A stretch of DNA of 64,000 bases from Gemmatimonadales bacterium (GTDB taxonomy: Bacteria; Gemmatimonadota; Gemmatimonadetes; Gemmatimonadales; GWC2-71-9). The stretch is taken from contig JBHHZE010000011.1 in assembly GCA_046757925.1 (NCBI GenBank), forward strand, positions 4,145-68,144, in the 5' to 3' direction. Numbering within the stretch: position 1 is the first letter of the stretch; every line of letters starts with the position of its first letter. The notes beneath the pieces were generated by a model. That model was not told the DNA's origin, did no database searches, and saw only the letters and a program-made list of their open reading frames with translations. Shown here piece by piece: positions 55,040 to 64,000 of this stretch. Made by a program: the position numbers and the translations under genes.

Positions 55040-55301
55040 AAATGGCCTCTATTCACAATAGAATTCATGTTGCTCCCAGGCACTTCCTAGACGCGCTCAT
55101 GCTTCCCCTCGTACCTCTGGAGCAAGAGTCGGTACCAATACCGTAAGTACATATGGCACAACGAATTAGCAACGGCGGCGTGAGCCACGTCACGGGCTCG
55201 ACCTATGGCACTTCGCCCCTCAACCCGTCTATTGCAATGGCGCTCGCAGGCCAATCCGGGTTAAATATGAACCCCAAAAAGCCCCCTGCGCCAAGCACCC
55301 T

Positions 55302-57281
<1,980 letters not shown>

Positions 57282-57283
57282 GT

Positions 57284-57721
57284 CTAAGGAACCGTCTTCG
57301 CCCCAGACGTCGAACGCAGGCCCACCAGTGCAGTTAGTAGAACGGCTGCGATGACCAGAGCCGAGGCAACGCACCAGCGACACCATGCGTGGATTACGGC
57401 CGCTTCCAGATAGGTGAGGTACGCGGCAAAGCTCACGCCGCCGGTAGCCAGTACAACGATCACGACTGTGGGGGCCCGGCTGGCTACCCAGCGGGGCTGC
57501 AACCCAACTACGCTGACAACCAAGAGTGCGAGGTATCCGAGAACTCCTAGTAGGGCTACCGGCACTCCCATAAACACGGCGTACCTGCTCAACTGGACCG
57601 TCTCGCACCCACCGCTACCGCACATCATCGGCCCCATCAATCCGAGTTTCCAAAGCCAAAGATACAGAGACAAGAAGAATCCCAGGAGCGAAAGGACGGC
57701 TATCACCATCCGGTGGGTCAC
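57284..57721 (-). CDS. Vitamin K epoxide reductase (VKOR) family membrane protein
   Basis: Four TMs, a loop Cys pair (MMCGSGGCETV) and the CxxC active site in a TM helix (HAWCRWCV). Has a 4-nt overlap with the upstream DsbA-like gene. Confidence 0.8.
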   Translation of the reverse strand: MTHRMVIAVLSLLGFFLSLYLWLWKLGLMGPMMCGSGGCETVQLSRYAVFMGVPVALLGVLGYLALLVVSVVGLQPRWVASRAPTVVIVVLATGGVSFAAYLTYLEAAVIHAWCRWCVASALVIAAVLLTALVGLRSTSGAKTVP

Positions 57722-58392
57722 TGCTTGGCGCCCGCCGCCTTTACCAGGGCCTGAAGGCTGTCAAACGGAATCGCTCCCGAGACGCGGAACTGTCCCACGT
57801 CAAAGCTGGGGGTCGACCGTATCCCAAGCTTCATGACTTCCTGTTTGGTGGCCTGAATGCGACTTGCGTACCGGGCCTCCGACATGCACTGATTGTAGGC
57901 GCCCACATCGATACCGATCGTCTCTGCGTACTCCTGGAACTTCCGCAGCGGACGACTGGAAAAAGACCAATCGCCCTGGTGAAAGTAGAGCTGATCGTGC
58001 ATTCCCCAGAACTCCCCCTGCTCGTCGGCACATGCAGCGGCGTGGTGGGCAAGGAGGGTCTTGTCGTGGGCATCGAGTGGGAAATCGCGGAACCTCCAGC
58101 GCACCTCACCCGTCTTGACCAACCGTTCCCGCACATCCGGCCCCGCGAGCACCGCAAAGCTCGCACACGCCGGACACTGGAAATCCGCGTATTCCACCAC
58201 CTCTACGGGTGCGGAATCACTCCCCATCACATATCCCGGAAACGCCGCAGTTCCCAGCGGAACCGGTGCCTCCAGTATCTGCGTCATTTCCTTGTTACTT
58301 CTGGCAGCCAACAGCCACATCCAGCCCGCTCCGGCCAGGGCGATCACCGCAAGCCCGATATAGAACGGTTTCAGGTTCACTTGCCCAGCCAT
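57718..58392 (-). CDS. DsbA-family thiol:disulfide oxidoreductase, membrane-anchored
   Basis: N-terminal TM anchor and a thioredoxin fold with the active site YADFQCPACASF. Confidence 0.85.
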   Translation of the reverse strand: MAGQVNLKPFYIGLAVIALAGAGWMWLLAARSNKEMTQILEAPVPLGTAAFPGYVMGSDSAPVEVVEYADFQCPACASFAVLAGPDVRERLVKTGEVRWRFRDFPLDAHDKTLLAHHAAACADEQGEFWGMHDQLYFHQGDWSFSSRPLRKFQEYAETIGIDVGAYNQCMSEARYASRIQATKQEVMKLGIRSTPSFDVGQFRVSGAIPFDSLQALVKAAGAKQ

Positions 58393-58703
58393 GGTAAATC
58401 CTCCTCGGGATCCCTGAAGTCTAGTTCTCCTGCCTGCTTGCGGGCTTGTTCCACTATCTTGCGATGCTCCGCGACTTCTGGCGTATCATATGTCGCCCGC
58501 ACCTCGAAGTGGAATAACTCACTCCTGGCGTCGCCCATCAGTCTCATCAATTCCGGCCCGGCCGACAGCAGCTCTGCATCACTCTCGAGCTCTTGAATTC
58601 GCGCAGCGAGCGCCCGCAGCAATTCCCTCAGCCGCCTCGCTCGTTCAGGATCGTATACCGGTTCGCTTACACTCATTTGGTTGAATCCGTTCGGAAGTTC
58701 CAT
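58377..58703 (-). CDS. Hypothetical helical protein, first gene of the dsbA-VKOR operon
   Basis: 108 aa, charged and helical (RARRLRELLRALAARIQELESDAELL). Overlaps the dsbA start by 16 nt. No family recognised. Confidence 0.5.
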   Translation of the reverse strand: MELPNGFNQMSVSEPVYDPERARRLRELLRALAARIQELESDAELLSAGPELMRLMGDARSELFHFEVRATYDTPEVAEHRKIVEQARKQAGELDFRDPEEDLPWLGK

Positions 58704-58781
58704 GATGCTCCATTGCGCAGTTGCGTACTCCCATACTATACTTTGCGGTTACGTCAATTGACATCAAAGGAGCGGAGGACC

Positions 58782-59057
58782 GTGGCAGAAAACAATTCCA
58801 CATACACAAAAGACAACAACTTCAACCCATTTGACAAGGCCCGCGACGAACTCTTCAGCCACATCCTCCAGTGCGACGTCCTGCGCGCCAAACCCCAACA
58901 CCAAAAGGCATGGTTTGACGACACAATGGAATACCTGGCAGAACGCTACTCGAATCTGTCCAAAAACGAATTGCGGGCGATTCGCTCCGTGGGGGAAAGA
59001 TACTGCCAGCCGGTCATTCAGCACGGTAGCGGACAGGCCGGCACCGTAACGAGCTAA
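58782..59057 (+). CDS. Hypothetical protein
   Basis: GTG 58782 is preceded by AAGGAGCGGAGG. 91 aa (AENNSTYTKDNNFNPFDKARDELFSHILQCDVLRAKPQHQKAWFDD...). No family recognised. Confidence 0.45.
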   Translation: MAENNSTYTKDNNFNPFDKARDELFSHILQCDVLRAKPQHQKAWFDDTMEYLAERYSNLSKNELRAIRSVGERYCQPVIQHGSGQAGTVTS

Positions 59058-59497
59058 CGTACCCGGCCGCGGCTCCGTCGCAAGCGGACTCCCGCAGCCA
59101 GGCGAAAGCCCCCACCTAGGCCGCCCTCCAGAAACCACGCCATGGAGCCTTCGCCACCCCGTTCCACACCCAGAAACAATACGACATACGCGCGAGTGCG
59201 GCTACCACTCAGTTCTACCGCCACTCCACCTCCAACATAGGGCCACGGATTGCTCAGCCGCCCAACACCTAGGTTGTAGGCAGCTGTCACCTCTGACCGC
59301 ACGGCCACGCCACCCTCGAGCTCACCAGGACTTACCGCCACACCGAATCTCGTTCGACCGCCGGTTCTGACCGCAAGGCCTCCGCCAGCACCGATGAACT
59401 CGCTCGCACCGGTGGTCGCTATCCCCTGGGCCTGCCACTCCAATGATTGGGCGATCGCCGCACTCCTGCTCCACGACACTAAAGCGATCGCTACCAT
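59054..59497 (-). CDS. Hypothetical secreted Gly-rich beta-strand protein (small outer-membrane-barrel-like)
   Basis: Signal peptide MVAIALVSWSRSAAIAQS. Alternating Gly/hydrophobic strands with the repeated pattern GGG(L/V)AV(R/E). The start is set at M18 (59497) to avoid a 44-nt overlap with the osmC-like gene. Confidence 0.45.
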   Translation of the reverse strand: MVAIALVSWSRSAAIAQSLEWQAQGIATTGASEFIGAGGGLAVRTGGRTRFGVAVSPGELEGGVAVRSEVTAAYNLGVGRLSNPWPYVGGGVAVELSGSRTRAYVVLFLGVERGGEGSMAWFLEGGLGGGFRLAAGVRLRRSRGRVR

Positions 59498-59504
59498 TAG
59501 CCCC

Positions 59505-59927
59505 CTACGCAAGTTCGATCTCGTGGTCCACCACAATGTCGGGTGCAAGGGAATGCACGACGGAACAGTACTTCTCCAAGGATAACACGACCGCTCGTCG
59601 CGCCTTCACCAAATCCAATCCGTCTCCCGCAATGCGATAGAAGAGTTTCAATCGGCTGTATCTCTGCGGATCTCCCTCACGCCGCTCACCTGTAACGTCG
59701 ACAGTCAGACTAGCCACCACAACTCGCATCTTCTGCAGCATCGAGATGACGTCGGACGCGGTACACCCTGCACAGGCCAGCAACAATACCAGCATGGGGC
59801 TGGGAGCGGATTCCCCATCACCGTCCACTTCGATCGTCGGGGTCTCGGGGACGGTGCCGCCGCCGCGAAATCGCAGACCCGACCCACACCATTCAAGTCT
59901 AACCGCGCGCTTGTTGGCCACTTTCAC
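59505..59927 (-). CDS. OsmC-family peroxiredoxin-like protein
   Basis: 140 aa with two conserved Cys regions (LLLACAGCTASDV and LEKYCSVVHSL). Confidence 0.8.
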   Translation of the reverse strand: MKVANKRAVRLEWCGSGLRFRGGGTVPETPTIEVDGDGESAPSPMLVLLLACAGCTASDVISMLQKMRVVVASLTVDVTGERREGDPQRYSRLKLFYRIAGDGLDLVKARRAVVLSLEKYCSVVHSLAPDIVVDHEIELA

Positions 59928-59941
59928 TCAATCCCTTCCGT

Positions 59942-60463
59942 CTAAACGGCTGACCCTTCGCCATCAGCCCCACGTCCGCGCTCCAGCCCCCACTGTACGT
60001 AATCCGCAATGGCATAGAGCGAGATTGCCGCCGTCGCCCAGGCGAGTGGCCGCAGCAGATCGGAGCCCGCCAGAAAAGCGACCAGCGTGAGTCCCTGACA
60101 CACCGTCACCGCCTTGCCGCCGGCTCTTGCCGGTAGAGTCTTCGGTCGGCGCAGCACCACCGTCCACAAAAAGCTGCCGGCAGCGACTACATCCCGCAAC
60201 AACACCCCAAGGATCTCGATGGGCGAAATGAGATTGCTGCGCAACACGACCCAGAAGGCTGATGCCATGAACAACTTGTCCGCCACGGGATCGAGGACCG
60301 TCCCTACTCGAGAACCTCCTATGCGTCGCGCCCAGACGCCGTCCGCAACATCGGTCACGCCCACTACCAGCAGGATCAAGAACCGAATGCCTGCATGCTC
60401 TACCAGGAAAAACGCGATCGCCAGCGGTACCCTGATGCCGGTGAGAATATCAGGCTTCCTCAT
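59942..60463 (-). CDS. CDP-alcohol phosphatidyltransferase family protein
   Basis: Signature D-x2-DG-x2-AR-x8-G-x3-D-x3-D is present (TDVADGVWARRIGGSRVGTVLDPVADK). The start is set at ATG 60463 (MRKPDILTGIRV). The track start at 60541 would leave no intergenic space before the divergent gene. Confidence 0.8.
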   Translation of the reverse strand: MRKPDILTGIRVPLAIAFFLVEHAGIRFLILLVVGVTDVADGVWARRIGGSRVGTVLDPVADKLFMASAFWVVLRSNLISPIEILGVLLRDVVAAGSFLWTVVLRRPKTLPARAGGKAVTVCQGLTLVAFLAGSDLLRPLAWATAAISLYAIADYVQWGLERGRGADGEGSAV

Positions 60464-60541
60464 GAGCGGCCTGGCTTGCCGTGTATCTCCAGGACCTGTA
60501 GCTTCAGGCTTGTCGGACCCAGTCCACTGGGGAGAACTCAA

Positions 60542-61000
60542 ATGGACCTCGACCTATTAAAGAACGCCGGTATCTTCGCAGATCTCGAATCTAGCGAACT
60601 CGAGCGCGTCGCCGAGATCTGCAAGCCGGTAGAGTTCAAATTTGGACAAACCATATTCAACGAGAACGAGCCGGGCAATCGTCTCTACATCATCTCTGAC
60701 GGAGAGGTGCGCATATCGCGACAGGTGCCAGGATCCGGAGAGGAAGCACTCGCGGTTCTCAAGCCCGGTGCCTGCTTTGGAGAAATGGCGGTGCTGGATC
60801 GTTCAAAGCGTTCCACCGATGCGATCGCGAACACCGACTGCGTTCTCCTCACCATAACCCGGTCCGACTTCGAGATGCTGTTGGACTTCGACCGTGATCT
60901 CGGATACAAGGTCCTCTGGTCCGTCGTGCGGCTGCTCTGCAGTCGGCTACGCGTGACCAACGACAACCTGCGTTCGTTTCTCGCCATGTCTATGTTCTAG
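60542..61000 (+). CDS. Cyclic-nucleotide-binding (cNMP/CAP effector) domain protein, stand-alone
   Basis: LLKNAGIFADLESSELERVAEI...IFNENEPGNRLYIISDGEVRISR...GACFGEMAVLD...RSTDAIA is a typical cNMP_binding beta-roll with the FGE...R(S/T)A phosphate-binding cassette. No output domain. Confidence 0.8.
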   Translation: MDLDLLKNAGIFADLESSELERVAEICKPVEFKFGQTIFNENEPGNRLYIISDGEVRISRQVPGSGEEALAVLKPGACFGEMAVLDRSKRSTDAIANTDCVLLTITRSDFEMLLDFDRDLGYKVLWSVVRLLCSRLRVTNDNLRSFLAMSMF

Positions 61001-61033
61001 CTGGCCACATACCGCATAACACCTCATCACTTA

Positions 61034-63628
61034 TCACTTGCCCCTGACAACGTATTCCGCTCGTCTCCCGGCTCCGAAAACCTCATACGATACCCGCCGA
61101 ACATCTTCGGCGGTCACACTCCGCAACTGGTGTGCCCTCTGGGAAAAGTCGGAGGCGGAACCGTTGAGCCACGCCCGCAGGATCTCACCCGCTACCGACT
61201 CGCTTCTCTGGCGCTGGATTTCCACCAGGCCGGCCGCATAGTTACGTGCCCGATCCAGTTCGTCTTCCCGCACCGACTCCGCCGACAGGTGGCTCAGCTC
61301 GGCCAACATCGCGGCCCGTGCTTCGTCCTCGCGTTCGGGAGACATCGCGATGTACGTCATCACTACACCGGCTCTCCTTCTGAGCCACGGCATCGCGGCC
61401 ACCGTATAGGCGAGCGACCGCTTCTCTCGCAGTTCTGCAAAAAGCCTCCCCGCAAGCCCGCTCAAGAGAGCGCACATTACGGAGATCGCATGCCGGTCGG
61501 TTGATCCACCGCTAGCGGCCGGAAAAGCCATAGCCAAAGCAGTTTGCTCCTTCACGCGATCCTCGAGACCGCAGTCGGATTCGAACTGTGGCGCTGGCAA
61601 GCCCGACTGTCCCGATCCCGATCCAGCGGGCCAATCGGACAGCGGGCCTAACGAACCGAGTAAGTCTTCAATACCGAGATCGCCGACCGCGGCAGCGACG
61701 GCGCGATGCCCTTTCACTTGCTCATGCCATGTGCGGATGTCTTGGTCCGTAATCGCACTGACAATTTCCGCATCACCCAGCGCCGGGAGTCCGTACGGGT
61801 CAGGACCGTATGCTTGGGACAGGACGCATTGCAGTGGATAGCCGTACATATCATCACGCAATCGACGAGCGTCCCCGGCCTGCAGCGCTCGCTCCACCTC
61901 GATGTCTTCGCTGCACAAGCTCGGCTCGAGGGCGATCGTACGAAGAAGCCGTGCCGCCTGGCGGGCTGACTCCGCGCGGACCGTGGCGCTCCATCCCAAT
62001 CCATCCACGGATACCGACGGCCCGATTCCACCTCCCAGTAGCTCGGCGGCATAGAAGAGTCGATCGCGCTCGAGTCCTCCGGCGCCCTTGAGCGCCACTC
62101 GCGCTAGAAGACTCGACACCCCCGCCGTGGTTTCTGTCTCCATTTCCGGTATACCAGGTACCTGCAGGGCGATCGAGACCAAACCGGCCCCGCGTTTGGG
62201 AAATACCAGAAGATCGATTCCTTCGAACGCTACATGGGCAATGCCACCCAGATCAGTGACCTCCCGTGATACGGTCGCTGCTGAGGATTCATGCCGCGGC
62301 AAGCGAACGCTTTGTGGAGCCGCGAGATCGCAGTTTGCTGACCTAACCGGCCACCTGCCGTCATCCCAATCCGTAGTGGCGCCGTCTGGGAGATAGAAAG
62401 CTGCCGATGCATCTGCAGGGCGGAGATACTTTGTGAACGCGTTCTTCACATCGGCGGGCGTCACGCGCATCGTCTGGTCAAACAGATTCTGAGCCAGTTC
62501 ATACCCGCCTAGTGCCTCTGCTTCGCACAGCACAGCCGCCCGCCCATCCACCGACTCGAATCGTCGAGCCCAGCTTGCCGCAACCAGCGAGCGCGCCCGC
62601 TCGAGTTCAACTGCGTCAACTTCCTCCTCGATCAGTTGCTCTACGATCCCAAGGCTGCGCTCGACGGCTTCGTCCAAGGTACGTGGCTCACTCTCGAGCG
62701 AAATACCGAATACTCCGAGTTCGGTAGGCGTGTAGTGCGACGATCCAACCGCGTTTGCCAATCCCGCCGATCGGACTCCACGATACAGGCGGGATCCTCT
62801 ACCGGCTCCCAGCACAACCGCAGCGACATCCAGAGCAGGCGTAGTCTCGTGCAACGCATCGACTGTCCGCCACCCAACCACCACCAGCGGCCGAGCCACA
62901 TCTCCGCTCAGGACACAGACTGACGCCGGAGTCCGATCGGGCTCTTTCGGGGAACCCTCAACGCTCGCCTCCGGTCTATTCCATCCTCCATAGGCTTCTT
63001 CCGCGAGACGCAACGCCGTATCTGCGTTCAGATCTCCCACTATCCCCACGATGATTCTGCCGGGGGTGTATCGCGTGGTGTAGTAAGAGCACAGATCATC
63101 TGCCGTCAGCTTCCTGAGTCCTTCCTCGCTCCCGACTCGCCAACGGCGCATGCGGTGCCTAGAGAACAACAGGCTGTAAAGTGTCTCACCCACCACCGCC
63201 GCCGGCGCATCGAGCTTTCTCCTCGCCTCCTGAACGATCACCTCGAGCTCACGTCTCAGTTCACCGCCATCCAGTGCGGCGTTGATCAGAGCATCGGATT
63301 GGATGTCCAGCGCGCGTTCCAAACCGCCTCCGGCGGCCGGCAGGACCGTGTAGTAGACGGTCTTATCATAAATCGTAGCTGCATTGAGATATCCGCCCAG
63401 CAACTGAGTGTCGCGAGCGACTTCGCCCGGTTTCCGCCGCGCCGTTCCCTTGAAAAACATGTGTTCCAAGACGTGGGCAATGCCAACCCATTCGTCTGGT
63501 TCATCGAAATAACCTGCTTTGACATGAGTTACCACGGCTACGACCGGTGCAGATGTATCCTGCTGTACCACAACGGTGAGCCCGTTGGGGAGCACTTCCC
63601 TGATGACACCCTCTGTCCACGACATCAC
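61034..63628 (-). CDS. M16-family (pitrilysin/insulinase) zinc peptidase, fused double-unit form
   Basis: Inverted zinc motif HVLEHMFFKG in the first half. A second, inactive M16-like half follows (864 aa in total). Confidence 0.9.
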   Translation of the reverse strand: MMSWTEGVIREVLPNGLTVVVQQDTSAPVVAVVTHVKAGYFDEPDEWVGIAHVLEHMFFKGTARRKPGEVARDTQLLGGYLNAATIYDKTVYYTVLPAAGGGLERALDIQSDALINAALDGGELRRELEVIVQEARRKLDAPAAVVGETLYSLLFSRHRMRRWRVGSEEGLRKLTADDLCSYYTTRYTPGRIIVGIVGDLNADTALRLAEEAYGGWNRPEASVEGSPKEPDRTPASVCVLSGDVARPLVVVGWRTVDALHETTPALDVAAVVLGAGRGSRLYRGVRSAGLANAVGSSHYTPTELGVFGISLESEPRTLDEAVERSLGIVEQLIEEEVDAVELERARSLVAASWARRFESVDGRAAVLCEAEALGGYELAQNLFDQTMRVTPADVKNAFTKYLRPADASAAFYLPDGATTDWDDGRWPVRSANCDLAAPQSVRLPRHESSAATVSREVTDLGGIAHVAFEGIDLLVFPKRGAGLVSIALQVPGIPEMETETTAGVSSLLARVALKGAGGLERDRLFYAAELLGGGIGPSVSVDGLGWSATVRAESARQAARLLRTIALEPSLCSEDIEVERALQAGDARRLRDDMYGYPLQCVLSQAYGPDPYGLPALGDAEIVSAITDQDIRTWHEQVKGHRAVAAAVGDLGIEDLLGSLGPLSDWPAGSGSGQSGLPAPQFESDCGLEDRVKEQTALAMAFPAASGGSTDRHAISVMCALLSGLAGRLFAELREKRSLAYTVAAMPWLRRRAGVVMTYIAMSPEREDEARAAMLAELSHLSAESVREDELDRARNYAAGLVEIQRQRSESVAGEILRAWLNGSASDFSQRAHQLRSVTAEDVRRVSYEVFGAGRRAEYVVRGK

Positions 63629-63733
63629 ACAAACCTAACGAGATAGAAAGACTCGCACTCGAGGGTCGTTTGTTTTGCGGCAAGAATCAATTGGCGTGTG
63701 GTGGACGTACCGTCGTCGGCGGCAGCGAGACAA

Positions 63734-64000
63734 TCAGCGAATTATCGTCAACAGTCCAGCCGCCGCAGCTCCCCGAACGAAGCTCTCGGCGTCTGTTATC
63801 GGAATCGCCAGTCCTGTCTCGGTACGACTGCGTCGTGCAATCCATCGCATGTACTGATCCATGGAAGACTCGCTCAGCTCGCGGTCATCCATTTTCATCT
63901 GCAGAACGATTTCTTCCCAGGCGCCCGCGTAGGTGACACCGCCTGTCGTCTTCACGCGGTGAGATTCGCTCGGATTGCGCCGCAACTGCATCCCCTGCAG
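63734..64000 (-). CDS. Hypothetical protein, frame open to the right window edge (5-prime end possibly outside)
   Basis: The minus-strand frame stays open from 64000 to the stop at 63734. Codon usage looks coding-like. No family recognised. Confidence 0.35.
   Translation of the reverse strand: MQGMQLRRNPSESHRVKTTGGVTYAGAWEEIVLQMKMDDRELSESSMDQYMRWIARRSRTETGLAIPITDAESFVRGAAAAGLLTIIR

Noticed and set aside
55154-55211. Two TGGCAC hexamers in the 262-nt intergenic region upstream of acs
   Set aside because: The first is followed by ATTAGCA with the GC two positions too far away. The second has no TTGC-like -12 element at all. I found no convincing riboswitch, sRNA or promoter in this spacer by eye, so its content remains unexplained.

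Overview
GC-rich bacterial chromosomal window with about 65 tightly packed protein genes. By eye I found no rRNA, tRNA, CRISPR array, transposase, phage gene or recognisable defence system. The gene content (many CarboxypepD_reg, TPR, M28 and M16 proteins, a VKOR/DsbA pair, a Myxococcus-like pil layout) suggests a Gemmatimonadota/Deltaproteobacteria-like soil organism. That guess is unverified.

Layout:
- nt 1.5-38.8 kb is one uninterrupted minus-strand run. It starts with housekeeping genes: an orphan sigma-54 activator, mog-like, gcvT, argF, hslUV, xerC, trmFO, topA, aroK and aroC.
- The run continues with a ~23 kb type IV pilus (T4P) supercluster, in transcription order: comEA-like, pilB, pilT, pilC, pilS, pilR, three glycosyltransferases, two tandem pilA genes, three minor-pilin-like genes, pilMNOPQ, and an 818-aa Ig/beta-propeller lipoprotein.
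- From 39 kb the genes are mixed-strand housekeeping: lptF/G-like, nhaC, ctaA, an M24 peptidase, ccmABC(D), acs, VKOR/DsbA, osmC, and an M16 peptidase.
- That region also holds an 8-gene, translationally coupled plus-strand operon. It is headed by an ECF sigma and an RsrA-type ZAS anti-sigma. These are followed by DUF92, a GGR-family flavoprotein, a flavin reductase, a methyltransferase, an SRPBCC protein and a KAS I/II ketosynthase.

Best leads:
1. A GT2 plus two GT-C glycosyltransferase module sits between pilSR and a sigma-54-driven pilin pair. It is a candidate new pilin glycosylation route.
2. The ECF/ZAS-controlled lipid or polyketide-like operon.
3. The lipoprotein that closes the pilMNOPQ operon.

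All functional calls come from motif recognition in the supplied translations. No database search, HMM or folding was run, and start codons were refined only where an RBS or a 4-nt stop/start overlap is visible.
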